In this document: positions 45,945-59,058 of the stretch, piece after piece
How the letters are laid out: every line of letters starts with the position of its first letter
Position numbering within the stretch: the first letter of the stretch is position 1
Assembly (NCBI GenBank): GCA_963755125.1
Contig: CAVWIP010000017.1
Coordinates: forward strand, 224,001-288,000
DNA: 64,000 nucleotides
Direction: 5' to 3'
From: an uncultured delta proteobacterium
GTDB taxonomy: Bacteria > Myxococcota_A > Polyangia > Fen-1088
Position numbers and translations under genes: made by a program
The notes under the pieces: model-generated
The model's database searches: none
Told to the model about the DNA's origin: nothing
What the model saw: the letters and a program-made list of their open reading frames with translations, nothing else

Positions 45945-46253
45945 ATGAGGCGCATTCCCGAAAGAACCTGCATTGGCTGTCGGCGCGCGGTCCCGGCCAG
46001 CGAAGTCGTGCGCCTGGCAGCGCCCGGCGGGTGTGTGACGGTTGCCATACGGCGAGGCGGCTCCGCGATGCCGCGGCAGGGACGCGGGGCCTGGCTGCAT
46101 CCCACAGAGCAGTGCGTGGCCGCGGCAGTCAAGCAGCGGGCTTTTGGCCGGGCCTTTCGCGTCGGGGTGAATGGACTGGACCCAGTCCAACTACTGACCG
46201 ACGTGCGCTTGGCGATCGGGGCTTCGTCCCACGAGCAGGGTGAGTCATCATGA
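45945..46253 (+). CDS. ylxR: YlxR/RnpM family RNA-binding protein
   Basis: [16 protein letters not shown]...A; position between nusA and infB. Confidence 0.88.
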   Translation: MRRIPERTCIGCRRAVPASEVVRLAAPGGCVTVAIRRGGSAMPRQGRGAWLHPTEQCVAAAVKQRAFGRAFRVGVNGLDPVQLLTDVRLAIGASSHEQGESS

Positions 46254-48937
46254 TGAGCGGATATGAACGCAGAGATCCCGGCTCAGAGGCAGCAGGCACC
46301 GCGGTGTCTGCTGCGAAGATTCGCGTCTACGAGTTGGCGAAAGAGGTTGGCTTGGCCCCCAAGGACATGGTCGCCAAGATCCGCAGCCTTGGCGTCGAGG
46401 TGGGCAACCACATGTCGAACCTGGACGGCGTCGATGCCGACCGGGTCCGGCGAGCCATCGAGCGCGAGCGTCAGGAGAGCCTAGTCGAGGAACGTCTGAG
46501 CGACACTGTGATCCGGCGGCGGTCGCGCACGGCAGGGGCCGCCCGTCCAGCGCCGGCGCGGACCGCAGCTCTTTCCGCGGCTGCCACGTCGTCGGTGATT
46601 GAGGCACCACCGCCTGCCCCGGCGCCGGAGACGCCGGTGGCGGCCACGCCTGCATCCGTTTCGCTGCGCGGCGAGCCGGAGGCGCCAGCGCCTGTGGCAG
46701 AAACCCGCGCTCCCGCGGTCAGCGAGGCGATGCCAGAGGCGACGCCGGCTCCCGTCGAGGAGTCAGCCGGTGCCGCCCCGGCCGAGGTCGCGGTTGAAGC
46801 CGAAACCGAGCCAATGTCGCTGCCAGCAGAGGCCAGCCTAGTGACGCCGATCCCGGTGCCGGTGAAGATTCCACAACCGGTGGTGACCGGTTCGGCTGCG
46901 ACCGGGCAATTCATCCAGTTGCCCGGGCTGGGCTCGCGCGAGGCCAATGTTCCCAAGATCGAGATCAAGGACCGCGACGAGGAGTTGCGCCGTCTGGGGC
47001 GGGGCAGTCTCGTGTCGCGCGGCCCGGGTGGCCGCGACTGGCGCGCGCCCGGCGCCCCCGGGCAGCGGCCGGGTGGACCACCTCGCAAGAAGGTGGCGCT
47101 CGCCGGCAAGAAGCTGAAGCAGACGCTCATCACCACGCCCGCGGAACACAAGCGTGTCATCCGCATGGGCGAGGCCATCGGGGTGGCCGATCTGGCCCAG
47201 AAGATGGGGGTCAAGGGTAACGAGGTGGTCAAGAAGCTGTGGGCGCTCGGCATGATGGGCGTGAACATCAACCAGAGCATCGAGCTCGACGCCGCCAGCC
47301 TGATTGCCACCGAATTCGGCTATCAGGTGGAGTCCACCGCCTTCAAGGAAGAAGAAATCATTTCCGAAGGCCAGACGGACAACCCCGAGGATCTGCTGCC
47401 GCGCGCTCCGGTGGTCACCGTGATGGGCCACGTGGACCACGGCAAGACGTCGCTGCTCGACGCCATTCGCAAGGCCAACGTCGCGGGTGGCGAGGCCGGC
47501 GGCATCACCCAGCACATCGGGGCGTATCGGGTTCACACCCCACACGGCGATGTCGTGTTCCTGGATACGCCCGGCCATGAGGCCTTCACCGCCATGCGCG
47601 CGCGCGGCGCCCAGATGACGGACATCGTGGTCATCGTGGTCGCGGCTGAAGAAGGCCCCATGCCACAAACCATCGAGGCTATCAAGCACGCGCAGGCGGC
47701 CGAGGTGCCCATCCTGGTGGCCATCAACAAGATCGACAAGCCGGGCGCCAACCCGGCAATGGTGCGCACCCGCCTGATGGAGCAGCAGCTGGTGGCGGAA
47801 GAGATGGGCGGCGAAACCATCTTCGTCGAGGTTTCCGCCAAGACCAAGCAGGGCATCGATCGGCTGCTGGAGATGCTGGCCCTGCAGGCCGAGGTGCTGG
47901 AGCTGAAGGCCAATCCCAAGAAGGCGGCCAAGGGTCACGTGGTGGAGGCGCGCCTGGACCGGGCCCGCGGTGCCATCGCGACGGTGTTGGTCGAGGAAGG
48001 CACCCTGCACGCGGGCGATCTGGTGGTGGCCGGTGAAGCCTATGGAAAGCTTCGCGCCATGCTGGGCGACAAGGGCCAGAACATCACCGAGGCTCCGCCC
48101 TCCACGCCGGTCGAACTGCTCGGTCTGGACGGTGTTCCCGACGCGGGCGAGATCTTCAACGTCGTCGCCGACGAGAAGTCGGCCAAGGCGCTGGTCGAGC
48201 ACCGGCGCGAACAGCGCAAGCGCAAGGAAGCCAGCAGCACCACGCGCGTGTCGCTGGAGAACATCCTCGACAAGATCAAGGAAGGCGAGATCAAGGAAGT
48301 GCGCATCGTGCTCAAGGCCGATGTGCAGGGTTCGGTCGAGGCGATTTCCAATGCCTTGCGGAACCTGTCCACGCCGACGGTGGGCGTGAACGTGATCTCG
48401 GCCGGAGTGGGCGGCATCACCGAGTCGGATGTGACTTTGGCCAAGGCTTCCGCCGCCATCGTGGTCGGATTCAACGTGCGGCCGGCGGGCAAGTCGCGCG
48501 CGCTGGCGGATCAAGAGGGCGTGGACATCAAGCTTTACCAGATCATCTACGACGCCATCGACGACGTGAAGAAGGCCATGCTGGGCATGCTCTCGCCGGT
48601 GACCAAAGAGAAGATCCTCGGCCGGGCCGAGGTGCGCCAGGTGTTCCACATCAGCAAGGCGGGCACGGTGGCCGGCTGCACGGTGGTCGATGGCAAGGTC
48701 ACGCGCCGGTCGCATGTGCGCCTGATTCGCGATTCGGTGGTGGTCCACACCGGCCGGTTGAGCTCGCTGCGCCGATTCAAGGAAGACGCCAGCGAGGTCA
48801 CCCACGGCTACGAGTGCGGCATCGCCATCGAGAACTACGGCGATGTCAAGGAGGGCGACGTCATCGAGGCCTTCGAGGTGGAGTCCATCGCAGCGGTCTT
48901 GGACCAGCCCACCTCGGCACCGCCCGCGCGCAAGTAG
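46250..48937 (+). CDS. infB: Translation initiation factor IF-2
   Basis: [43 protein letters not shown]. Confidence 0.98.
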   Translation: MMSGYERRDPGSEAAGTAVSAAKIRVYELAKEVGLAPKDMVAKIRSLGVEVGNHMSNLDGVDADRVRRAIERERQESLVEERLSDTVIRRRSRTAGAARPAPARTAALSAAATSSVIEAPPPAPAPETPVAATPASVSLRGEPEAPAPVAETRAPAVSEAMPEATPAPVEESAGAAPAEVAVEAETEPMSLPAEASLVTPIPVPVKIPQPVVTGSAATGQFIQLPGLGSREANVPKIEIKDRDEELRRLGRGSLVSRGPGGRDWRAPGAPGQRPGGPPRKKVALAGKKLKQTLITTPAEHKRVIRMGEAIGVADLAQKMGVKGNEVVKKLWALGMMGVNINQSIELDAASLIATEFGYQVESTAFKEEEIISEGQTDNPEDLLPRAPVVTVMGHVDHGKTSLLDAIRKANVAGGEAGGITQHIGAYRVHTPHGDVVFLDTPGHEAFTAMRARGAQMTDIVVIVVAAEEGPMPQTIEAIKHAQAAEVPILVAINKIDKPGANPAMVRTRLMEQQLVAEEMGGETIFVEVSAKTKQGIDRLLEMLALQAEVLELKANPKKAAKGHVVEARLDRARGAIATVLVEEGTLHAGDLVVAGEAYGKLRAMLGDKGQNITEAPPSTPVELLGLDGVPDAGEIFNVVADEKSAKALVEHRREQRKRKEASSTTRVSLENILDKIKEGEIKEVRIVLKADVQGSVEAISNALRNLSTPTVGVNVISAGVGGITESDVTLAKASAAIVVGFNVRPAGKSRALADQEGVDIKLYQIIYDAIDDVKKAMLGMLSPVTKEKILGRAEVRQVFHISKAGTVAGCTVVDGKVTRRSHVRLIRDSVVVHTGRLSSLRRFKEDASEVTHGYECGIAIENYGDVKEGDVIEAFEVESIAAVLDQPTSAPPARK

Positions 48938-48956
48938 CGGCGGTCTTCCCTAGGGC

Positions 48957-49277
48957 ATGACCGTCGGTATCGCGCGAATCACGCTCCTCGTTCCGGAGAG
49001 CCATTCTCTCAAGGAGAAAAGGATGGTTGTGCGGCGGGTGAAGGATCGCGTGCGCAACAAGTTCAACGTCGCCATCGCCGAGGTGGACGATAACGATGTT
49101 TGGCAGCGTGCTGTGGTGGGCCTGGCGTTGCTGGGCAACGACCGTCGCTTCGTGGAGTCGGCGCTGGACGAGGTGGTGCGATTCGTGCGCGGTTTGGCCG
49201 AAACCACCAACGTGGAGCGCGAACTTTTGACTTTCAGCCAACCCCTGGCGGAAAACGATCTGGGATGGAAAGGCTAG
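48957..49277 (+). CDS. DUF503 (YlxP) family protein
   Basis: SLKEKR, KFNVAIAEV...D.WQR; synteny between infB and rbfA. Confidence 0.9.
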   Translation: MTVGIARITLLVPESHSLKEKRMVVRRVKDRVRNKFNVAIAEVDDNDVWQRAVVGLALLGNDRRFVESALDEVVRFVRGLAETTNVERELLTFSQPLAENDLGWKG

Positions 49278-49284
49278 GGCTTGG

Positions 49285-49644
49285 ATGAGTCAACGCGCGG
49301 AAAGAGTGGCGGGCGAGATCCGGCAGGTTCTCGGGGAGATGGTGGTGCGCGGGGCGATCAAGGATCCGCGCGTGCGCGACGCCGGCCTCATCACTATCAC
49401 CTATGTTCGCATCACGGGAGATCTGCGCCAGGCGCGCGTGTTCTTCACCGTGCACGGCGCTGACGAGTCGGCCCTGGAGAAAGTTCGCGCGGGCCTGCAG
49501 AGTGCAGCCGGGTTCATGCGCCGGCAAGTGGGCGAGCGACTCAGGCTCAAGGTGACGCCCGGACTGGACTTCGAGGTCGACCGCGTGTTGGACCAGGAGG
49601 CTCACATCGAGCAACTCCTGCGAGAGGTGGCCAAGAAGGAGTGA
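49285..49644 (+). CDS. rbfA: Ribosome-binding factor A
   Basis: R.ERVA, IKDPRV, DLRQARV, LKVTP.L.F..D. Confidence 0.95.
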   Translation: MSQRAERVAGEIRQVLGEMVVRGAIKDPRVRDAGLITITYVRITGDLRQARVFFTVHGADESALEKVRAGLQSAAGFMRRQVGERLRLKVTPGLDFEVDRVLDQEAHIEQLLREVAKKE

Positions 49645-50555
49645 GCGTTCTCGTCGTCGACAAGCCGGTCGGCCCCACATCCTTCGCGGTGCTGCGCCGG
49701 GTGCGCCGCGCGCTCGTGCGCGCCCGAGGCGGCGCGGAGCGAGCGCCCAAGCTCGGCCACGGCGGGACCCTGGATCCCATGGCGTCGGGCGTGTTGCCGG
49801 TGTGCGTGGGCGAGGCCACCAAGATCGTTCCCTTCCTGCTCGACGCCGACAAGGAATACCTGGCCGTCGTGCGCTTCGGTGTCGAAACCGATACCCTGGA
49901 CGCCACCGGCCAGGTGCTGTGCGACAAGCCGGTCGGCAACTTGGATGCCGCCCGCGTAGAGGCGGTCTTGGCCAGCTTTCGCGGCGAAATCGAGCAGGTG
50001 CCTCCGATGTTTTCCGCACTCAAGCACCACGGCCAGCCGCTCTATCGCTACGCACGCGCCGGGCAGACGGTGGCAAGGCCGCCTCGCCGGGTGAAGGTGC
50101 ACGATCTCTCGCTGCTGGCCTTCGAGCCGCCCGATCGCGCGCGCCTGCGCATTCGCTGCTCGAAGGGGACGTACATTCGCTCGCTGGCCGCGGACCTGGG
50201 GAGCCGGCTGGGCGTGGGGGCGCACCTGACCGAGTTGCGTCGGACGGCATCGGGTCCCTTTGCTCTGGCGCAAGCCCTGTCCCTCGACGCCATCGACGCC
50301 TGCGTCGACGAGGGACGTGCCTTGCCCTTTCTCTCCCTGCGCGAGGCTCTGGTGCATCTGCCAGCCGTGACGGTCGGCGACGACATGGCTCGGCGCCTGG
50401 CTCGTGGCCAGAGCGTGCGCTGGGACGAGATCGGCGCTGCCGCCGTCGAGCGCGGTCCTCTCTGCGTCCTGCTTCCGCCGGATGTCGTAGTCGCCGTGGT
50501 GGATCGGGGCGCGGAAGGGGCCGTGCGCATCCTGCGCGTCTTCAACGCCGGTTGA
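49641..50555 (+). CDS. truB: tRNA pseudouridine(55) synthase
   Basis: DKPVG.TS, GHGGTLDP.ASGVL, QVPPMFSA, CSKGTYIRSL. Confidence 0.96.
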   Translation: MSVLVVDKPVGPTSFAVLRRVRRALVRARGGAERAPKLGHGGTLDPMASGVLPVCVGEATKIVPFLLDADKEYLAVVRFGVETDTLDATGQVLCDKPVGNLDAARVEAVLASFRGEIEQVPPMFSALKHHGQPLYRYARAGQTVARPPRRVKVHDLSLLAFEPPDRARLRIRCSKGTYIRSLAADLGSRLGVGAHLTELRRTASGPFALAQALSLDAIDACVDEGRALPFLSLREALVHLPAVTVGDDMARRLARGQSVRWDEIGAAAVERGPLCVLLPPDVVVAVVDRGAEGAVRILRVFNAG

Positions 50556-50624
50556 CTCTTGGCGCGCAATGTAGGAAATTAGTTCGAGAGAAAAAGCAAA
50601 AGTGACAGAAAAGAGCGTGATTGC

Positions 50625-50894
50625 ATGGCGCTAGCCGCAGTAAAGAAAGCAGAAGTTGTCAAGAAGTACGCCAGGGGTCCGGCTGACACCGGATCCCCGG
50701 AAGTCCAGATAGCTCTATTGTCTGAGCGTATCGCCTATCTGACCGAGCATTTTCGCGAGCACACCAAGGACCACCACTCCCGTCGTGGCCTGCTGATGCT
50801 GGTTGGACAGCGGCGCCGGCTGCTTGACTATCTGAAGAAGAAGAACGTCAAGCGGTACCGAGACGTGATCGTTTCGCTCGGTATCCGCAAGTAG
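50625..50894 (+). CDS. rpsO: 30S ribosomal protein S15
   Basis: [30 protein letters not shown]. Confidence 0.98.
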   Translation: MALAAVKKAEVVKKYARGPADTGSPEVQIALLSERIAYLTEHFREHTKDHHSRRGLLMLVGQRRRLLDYLKKKNVKRYRDVIVSLGIRK

Positions 50895-51074
50895 GCCCGA
50901 AGATTTCCCATGGTGGAAGGCGGGCGGTGCGCGATGCATCGGCCGTCACGACAACAGAGGGCCCCGGTGCTTGCGTTCATCCTTCTTCCCGCCGGTTCGA
51001 GGTGCGTTCGGATTCGATCCGGACCCGCGAGATGAGGGACGAAGCCACAGGGGCCGCTAGAGAGGAGCAGCGAA

Positions 51075-53197
<2,123 letters not shown>

Positions 53198-53198
<1 letters not shown>

Positions 53199-53425
53199 AT
53201 CGGGGGAACTCGGCTGGTACTGCATTCGACGTACGGTGTGCTCTCGTACTTGGTAGGTACGGGCTTGGTGAATATCAAAGAACAGCCGGACAGCAAAAAG
53301 GGTCCGATGAGCCATAGGGGAAACAATCTCGCGACAGGGCCCGTGAGCTTGACGGTTCCGCAAGTCTGGCTCGAAATGTCGACGCGAGGGCTGACCGATC
53401 CATCTGTGGTCGACCGCTGCAGCAT
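53198..53425 (-). pseudogene. Truncated lipoprotein gene abutting pnp stop
   Basis: ATG 53425; lipobox LLSGC followed by SLIFTKPVP...ECSTSRVPPI, then the frame continues antisense into pnp to 52937. Confidence 0.45.
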
Positions 53426-53434
53426 GTTGGCGTC

Positions 53435-53464
53435 ATTGTAGGGTGTGTCGCGCGGCCGCGTCAA
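53435..53464 (-). promoter_or_regulatory. Near-consensus sigma70 promoter facing pnp 3' end
   Basis: TTGACG-N18-TACAAT on minus strand, 9 nt before ATG 53425. Confidence 0.55.
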
Positions 53465-53529
53465 CGCGACCACCCTCATCACCGTGCGACTACCGGTGTC
53501 ACCGCGTCCTGGTCCACTACCCTGCGGAG

Positions 53530-53895
53530 CTAGAGCGCAATGATGGACCTCTCGGGGAGTTCGGCGAGAATCACCCGATCGCCGGTGGCGAGACGCCAGC
53601 CTCGTAGCCGCGCGTGGGCGACGATCAGCCGGTCGAAGGGATCACGCGTCCAGCTCAGGTCCACGGCCGCATCGAAGAGATCGACGGACATGGGGTTATC
53701 GATGGTCCAGCGCGAATCCTGGCCGAGGGCATCACGGGCGCCGGGTGCAAGGCGAATGCGCTTGGCTTCTTCCAGAAAGGCCAGTTCGAGCAGGCTGACA
53801 GGCGAAATGTAGAGGCCGCTCGCGCGCGCCAGCATCCGACCGCGCGCGTGTCCGGTGTACACCCAGATAAGGGCGTTGGTGTCGAGGAGGATCAC
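53530..53895 (-). CDS. vapC: VapC-family PIN toxin
   Basis: ILLDTNALIW, SPVSLLEL, RDPFDRLIVAHA, LATGD. Confidence 0.9.
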   Translation of the reverse strand: MILLDTNALIWVYTGHARGRMLARASGLYISPVSLLELAFLEEAKRIRLAPGARDALGQDSRWTIDNPMSVDLFDAAVDLSWTRDPFDRLIVAHARLRGWRLATGDRVILAELPERSIIAL

Positions 53896-54140
53896 GCCTT
53901 GGTCCGCTGTTTGAAGGCCAAACCAGCCCTCCCGGGACGCCAGGTCCAGTCCCCATTTGCCACCGCCGGATCCAGGATCTCGATGACGGGCCTTGCCGTC
54001 CGGGGTGCTCGACGCGTTTCATCCAGGACGAGGCGGAAGCGCAACTTGCCGCGCTCGATGGTGACCGACTGGCCGCCGGCAGCCTGATTCAAGACACGTG
54101 CGAAGTTCTGGCGCGCCTGGGAGGCGGTGAAACGCGACAT
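53892..54140 (-). CDS. Phd/YefM-family antitoxin
   Basis: TASQARQNFARVLNQA..G..V.IER; 4-nt overlap with toxin. Confidence 0.85.
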   Translation of the reverse strand: MSRFTASQARQNFARVLNQAAGGQSVTIERGKLRFRLVLDETRRAPRTARPVIEILDPAVANGDWTWRPGRAGLAFKQRTKA

Positions 54141-54141
54141 G

Positions 54142-54154
54142 TGTACATTGTACA
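54142..54154. promoter_or_regulatory. TA operator: two TGTACA palindromes over the -10 box
   Basis: TGTACA at 54142-54147 and 54149-54154; minus strand reads TACAAT-gtacac-ATG. Confidence 0.6.
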
Positions 54155-54239
54155 ACATCGTTGAAAGGAGGGGCAAGGAGGGCCACCGGCTGGTCTGCTC
54201 GGCGCGGAACACCACCCACCCGATGCAGACGCGAGCAGC

Positions 54240-55742
54240 CTACGCCTCGGTGTGGAAGAAGCTGACGGCGCGCTCCAGCGCCTCGGCCTTGGCCGCCATG
54301 ACCTCGGCCGTGTTGGCGACCTGGTCGGCGGCGGCGGCGGCGTGCTGGGTGATTTGCTCGACCTGGGACAGGGCGCTGTTGATCTGGCTCACACCGGCGG
54401 CCTGTTCGCGCGAGGCTGCGGCCACGTTGTGCACCAGTTCCAGGGTTTTGTGGATGGCGGGCAACAGCTCCCGCAGCAGGGCTTCCGAACGCTCAGCGAC
54501 GGTGACACTGCCCTGTGACAGCTTCACGATATCGTGGGCCGCGGCCTGGCTGCGCTCGGCCAGTTTGCGCACCTCGGTCGCCACCACCGCGAAGCCACGC
54601 CCCTGGTCACCCACGCGCGCTGCCTCGATGGCCGCGTTCAGGGCCAACAGGTTGGTCTGGTACGCGATCTCCTCGACCACGGTCACCTGGCTGGCGATGG
54701 CATGCATTGCGGCCAGCGTCTCGACCACGGCCTGGGCGCTCTTTTCCGCGCAGGCGACGCCTCGCCGGGCCATGCCCTCCATCTCCTGACTGGAATCCGC
54801 GTTCTGGGAAATCGAGGCGTTCATCTGTTCGAGGCTGGACGAGGTCTCCTGCATCGAACTGGCCTGCGTGCTGGTGCCCCGGGCCAGTTCCGACGAGGTG
54901 GACGACAGCAGGACGGAACCCTGGTTGAGCGCGGTGGACGCTTCCTGCACCTCGGTCACTACCTCGCGCAGCTTTCCGATCATGGTGGCCGTGGCTGCGA
55001 GCAACTGCCCGATTTCGTCGTGGGTGGAGGCTTCGACCTGCGCCGAGAGATCGCCGGTGGCCATGCGGTGGGTGATCGAGATGGCATGGTCGAGCGGACG
55101 GGTGATCGAGCGAAGCAGGACCAGGGCCAGCAAGACCAGGGCGAGAATACAGAACGCGGCCACCCCCACGATGGCCAGGTAGAACAAACGCTGATTCCGG
55201 GCCAGCGCGGCGAACACGGTCTCCATCTGCGTCTTGTGCATCTCCGAAGCCGTATTCATGCGTTCCTTGAGGGCCTCGAACTGGCTCTTGGCCGCCTCGG
55301 TGTCTCCGCTGCCCGCCTCCCCGACCTTGCCGACCAGTTGCCAGTACTGGGAAAAATCGGCCGCCAGGCTCTCGACCTCCTTGAAGGTGTCGCCCGAGAC
55401 CGTGTGGCAGTTGGTGCAATCGCCGGCCAGCAACTCGGGCGAGAAGCGAGCATCTGTCAGGTCAGTGAGAAAGGTACGCCGATGCATCTGCGCCTCGGCG
55501 CGATGGGACGGATCGCTCGAACGTGCGGCCTCATGAAAGGCGCGGTCAATCTCCACCAGAGCCAGCTTCAGGGTCTGGCTGCGCTGGGACGCTGGGAAGT
55601 ATCCCTCCTCCATGAAACGCGTGAGCTTGCCGTTGCGCGCCCCGAGGAGCAGGGCCACCACCAGGATGGCCAGGAACCCTGATACCGTGAGCCCCAGCAT
55701 TGCGTAGAGCTTGTGGGATAGCTTCAGTCGCTTGTTTCTCAT
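54240..55742 (-). CDS. Methyl-accepting chemotaxis protein with periplasmic CXXCH motif
   Basis: Two TMs, HAMP (DEIGQL), signalling hairpin [43 protein letters not shown] at 55404-55418. Confidence 0.95.
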   Translation of the reverse strand: MRNKRLKLSHKLYAMLGLTVSGFLAILVVALLLGARNGKLTRFMEEGYFPASQRSQTLKLALVEIDRAFHEAARSSDPSHRAEAQMHRRTFLTDLTDARFSPELLAGDCTNCHTVSGDTFKEVESLAADFSQYWQLVGKVGEAGSGDTEAAKSQFEALKERMNTASEMHKTQMETVFAALARNQRLFYLAIVGVAAFCILALVLLALVLLRSITRPLDHAISITHRMATGDLSAQVEASTHDEIGQLLAATATMIGKLREVVTEVQEASTALNQGSVLLSSTSSELARGTSTQASSMQETSSSLEQMNASISQNADSSQEMEGMARRGVACAEKSAQAVVETLAAMHAIASQVTVVEEIAYQTNLLALNAAIEAARVGDQGRGFAVVATEVRKLAERSQAAAHDIVKLSQGSVTVAERSEALLRELLPAIHKTLELVHNVAAASREQAAGVSQINSALSQVEQITQHAAAAADQVANTAEVMAAKAEALERAVSFFHTEA

Positions 55743-55811
55743 GAGGGGTCACGCCGGCTGCTCCAGCGCCAGCCTAACCCACATGATATCGCAAGAATCG
55801 AAATCAGGGGC

Positions 55812-56741
55812 TCAACTCTTCCCTTCCCCGCGGCCGCGTACCTTCACGAAGGTGCCGTTCTGTAGCTCCTGGTAGGCGAGCCGCAACTCCTCTTGTGTGT
55901 TCATCACGATGGGGCCGTACCAGGCGACGGGCTCCCGGATGGGCTTCCCCGAGATCAGCAAGAAGCGTACCGGCTCGTCGGCGGCACGGATGGAGACGCT
56001 GTCCCCGTCGTCGAACAGCACTAGATGGCTATCCCCGAGAAGCGGGCTCCGTTCCATGTCGAAGTAGTTGCCTCCCTCGGCTTCGTAGCTGTAGGGGTCG
56101 CTCTGCTGGCAGAACACGGCCTTGCCGCCGATCACATAGGCCAGCACCGTGTGGCCGCGCGGCGTGGGCCGGGTGAAGGTCGCGCCCGCTGGCACGCTGA
56201 CGTCGAGATATTCGGGGGCCGTGACCACGTCGCGCACCGGCCCGGTCACTCCGTCGATTGCGCCGGCGATCACCTTGATGCGCGTCCCGTTGGCCTGCAC
56301 GGCCTCGGGAATCTGCGAGCTGGCAAAGCCCCGGTAGCGCGGGTTCATCATTTTGTGGGCCGCGGGCAGGTTGGCCCACAACTGGAAGCCGTACATCGCG
56401 CCCTGCGGGTCGCCCTTGGGCATCTCCTGGTGGATGATGCCGCTGCCGGCGGTCATCCACTGCACGTCGCCGGCCGAGATGACCCCGCTGTTGCCCAGAC
56501 TGTCGCCATGTTCGACATCGCCGCGCAGGACATAGGTGATGGTTTCGATCCCGCGATGGGGGTGCCAGGGGAAGCCCTTGAGGTAGTGCTCGGGCCTGTC
56601 CGAGCGAAAGTCGTCGAGCAAGAGAAATGGATCGCAGAGTTGCAGATCACCGAAGCCAATCGCCCGATGCAGATGAACGCCTGCTCCCTCGATGGTTGCA
56701 CGGCTCCTGACTACCTTGCGGATACGCCTATTCTCAGCCAT
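55812..56741 (-). CDS. Pirin family protein
   Basis: DPFLLLD, GFPWHPHRGIETITY, QWMTAGSGIIHQE, QLWANLP, GPIVMN. Confidence 0.95.
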   Translation of the reverse strand: MAENRRIRKVVRSRATIEGAGVHLHRAIGFGDLQLCDPFLLLDDFRSDRPEHYLKGFPWHPHRGIETITYVLRGDVEHGDSLGNSGVISAGDVQWMTAGSGIIHQEMPKGDPQGAMYGFQLWANLPAAHKMMNPRYRGFASSQIPEAVQANGTRIKVIAGAIDGVTGPVRDVVTAPEYLDVSVPAGATFTRPTPRGHTVLAYVIGGKAVFCQQSDPYSYEAEGGNYFDMERSPLLGDSHLVLFDDGDSVSIRAADEPVRFLLISGKPIREPVAWYGPIVMNTQEELRLAYQELQNGTFVKVRGRGEGKS

Positions 56742-56835
56742 TGCGGTCCTCCCTTCCCGAATTCACGAGCCCCAGTGCCCGGCGAGAACGAAGTGTAGCA
56801 GCTTAGGCACGGGAGGCGAGTCTGAGCAACCGGGA

Positions 56836-59058
56836 CTACTTCAGCGGGTCCCCGGGCGCGGTTGTCCCAGTCCTTCTTCGCAGCAGCAACAGCGCGAGCA
56901 ACAGCGCAAAGGTGGTCAGCGAGATGGCGGCGCCCAGCGCGAAATAGGTCGACCGGTAGCGAAGAACCACCTCACTGCGCCCCGCGGGCACAGGTACTGA
57001 ACGCATCCACACGTTGGCCGGCTGGCAAGGTACCTGCTTGCCGTTCACCGTGGCGCTCCATCCGGGGTACCAGGCTTCCTTGATCAGCAACAAGCCCGGC
57101 ACGGCACTGTTCACCTCCAACTCGATACGTTCCGGCGCGAAGCTGACGATGGCTGCACGGGAACCACCTGCCGCGTTGACGTCGCCACCCTGGGGTGGCC
57201 CGGATTCCACCAGCGCGACCCGCGCTCCGTCGTGCCCGGCCACCAGGCGTGAAAGCGCCTCGCGCCAGTTGCCCACGACTTCGCTGCGGGCCACCACCAG
57301 GGCGCGGGGATCGGGCGATGGGTCGAAGACCATCCTGCGGGCCGCGACGTCATAGCCCGCCACCAGATTCATGGTGCGGTAGGGAAAGGTGCCGCGTCGG
57401 AAGATGTCGAGGGAAGGCGCGGTGTTATCGAGATCGGGCGCAGGCACGCCCGCCATCGCGTGAAGGTAGGCCCAGACACGTTCCAGCGCCAGGGATCCGT
57501 AGCTGGTGAAGGTGCTCCAGCCAAAGAGCATCCCCCCGTCTTCGCGAACCAGCGGCGAACTGATGCGCGGCGGGGGGCGGTCGTGGGCCAGCAAGCCGCG
57601 CGCGCCGAGGGCATTGGTCAGCTCGACTTCGGCCGGAAATTCGGATGGCGGCGTCCGGTAGGTGTACTTGATGTTCTTGATGGCCAGCGCCAGATCGCTC
57701 GCGACAAACATCGCCAGTGTGATGGCCAAGGCCGCGCGAACACGCAACGACCAGGGACGCGCGGTCCACAGCAGCAGCAGCAGGACCGCTGCCACGACGC
57801 CGACAAGCTGACCCCAGCGGTGTGCCCGCGCAGCCAGCACAGCCGCACCCAACCCGGCCAGCACCAGCGCGAGCGCGGTGGCGCGACTGCCGGTGGCTCT
57901 CAGCGAGAGAAGAAGCGCACCAGCCACGGGAAGCGCCAGGGAGATGAGCGCGGTCGTGCGCGCGTGCATGCGGAAGGCCGCCAGTCCGGGCAAGATCCGA
58001 TAGAGCAGGGCAAAGACCGGGGTCGAGTTGCCGGCCGCGATCAAAGCGGCGAAGGCTACCAGAGCCAGCAACGCGCGAGCGTTGCGGTCACGCACGCGGA
58101 CCAGATAGGCCACGCCTGCCAGCAGAACCAGCAGGCCGGCATACAGATCATAGATGGTGAGTAGCGGCATGCCCGGGCCGGGCGGAACCACGACGGAAGC
58201 CCAGGCATAGGGTGGCATGGCGTAGAAGCCGGAGAAGGCGAGCGACGGCGTCTGGCGATTGGCCTGCCCGACGAGTTCGTGGAAGGGCAAGAGCTGCACG
58301 GCCGCCAGCAACGCGGCTACAACCACCGCGCCCGCGAGGCGAATCAGATCGAGGAGGGCAAGCTTCGCCTGCGCCGGCAGGGGCTTGCCCAACCTCCGCG
58401 CCAGCAGCAGGGTTGCGGCGCCCACGCCCGTGATCCAGACGACCTGGGGGTGGCCGGCCAGCAATTGCAGCGCCAGCGCCAGCGCCAGCAGAGCGGAAGT
58501 GCGCAGCGAGGGTCGATCCTGGCCGCGCAGCACGAGCCAGAGGACGAGCGGCAACCAGCACAACGCCATGCTGTACTGCACCTGGCCCGAGTGAAAGCAC
58601 AGGACGACCGAGGCCCCTGCTGCAAATGCGAACCCCGCGGAGACCGCCTGCGGCCTGCCTGCGCCGAGATGGCGGGCCAGTCCTGCGGTGCCCGCCACTG
58701 CCAGGAACACGTGTATGGCCGTCAGTGCGGCGAACCCGATGCCAGCGCCAAGAACGACAAATAGCAGACCGGGCGGGTAGAGCAGCGCGGTCTCGATGTC
58801 GGCCAGAAAGGGCCGGCCCAGCCCGACGTGCGGATTCCACAGTGGCAGGCGTCCCGAGCGCAAGGCGTCGATGGCGTAGCTCTTGTACAGTTCGTGCATC
58901 CGGATGAAGTCGAACGACTCCAAAATGCTGGGCCGTGTGAGGTACGCCAGTACCGCGAACAGCAGGCAACCCACGCCGACCTGAGTCCACTGGTGAGCCG
59001 TCAGAAAGCGCGACGCTAGCTCGCGGGCGCTAGGATCCTCGGTGGCCTTGGTGCTCAT
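56836..59058 (-). CDS. YfhO-like multi-TM membrane protein (GT-C fold glycosyltransferase candidate)
   Basis: PLWNP...G.PFLA...LYP, LAGHPQ, QLLPF.EL, C-terminal WYPGWSATVNG...VPAG.SEV.L.Y. Confidence 0.8.
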   Translation of the reverse strand: MSTKATEDPSARELASRFLTAHQWTQVGVGCLLFAVLAYLTRPSILESFDFIRMHELYKSYAIDALRSGRLPLWNPHVGLGRPFLADIETALLYPPGLLFVVLGAGIGFAALTAIHVFLAVAGTAGLARHLGAGRPQAVSAGFAFAAGASVVLCFHSGQVQYSMALCWLPLVLWLVLRGQDRPSLRTSALLALALALQLLAGHPQVVWITGVGAATLLLARRLGKPLPAQAKLALLDLIRLAGAVVVAALLAAVQLLPFHELVGQANRQTPSLAFSGFYAMPPYAWASVVVPPGPGMPLLTIYDLYAGLLVLLAGVAYLVRVRDRNARALLALVAFAALIAAGNSTPVFALLYRILPGLAAFRMHARTTALISLALPVAGALLLSLRATGSRATALALVLAGLGAAVLAARAHRWGQLVGVVAAVLLLLLWTARPWSLRVRAALAITLAMFVASDLALAIKNIKYTYRTPPSEFPAEVELTNALGARGLLAHDRPPPRISSPLVREDGGMLFGWSTFTSYGSLALERVWAYLHAMAGVPAPDLDNTAPSLDIFRRGTFPYRTMNLVAGYDVAARRMVFDPSPDPRALVVARSEVVGNWREALSRLVAGHDGARVALVESGPPQGGDVNAAGGSRAAIVSFAPERIELEVNSAVPGLLLIKEAWYPGWSATVNGKQVPCQPANVWMRSVPVPAGRSEVVLRYRSTYFALGAAISLTTFALLLALLLLRRRTGTTAPGDPLK

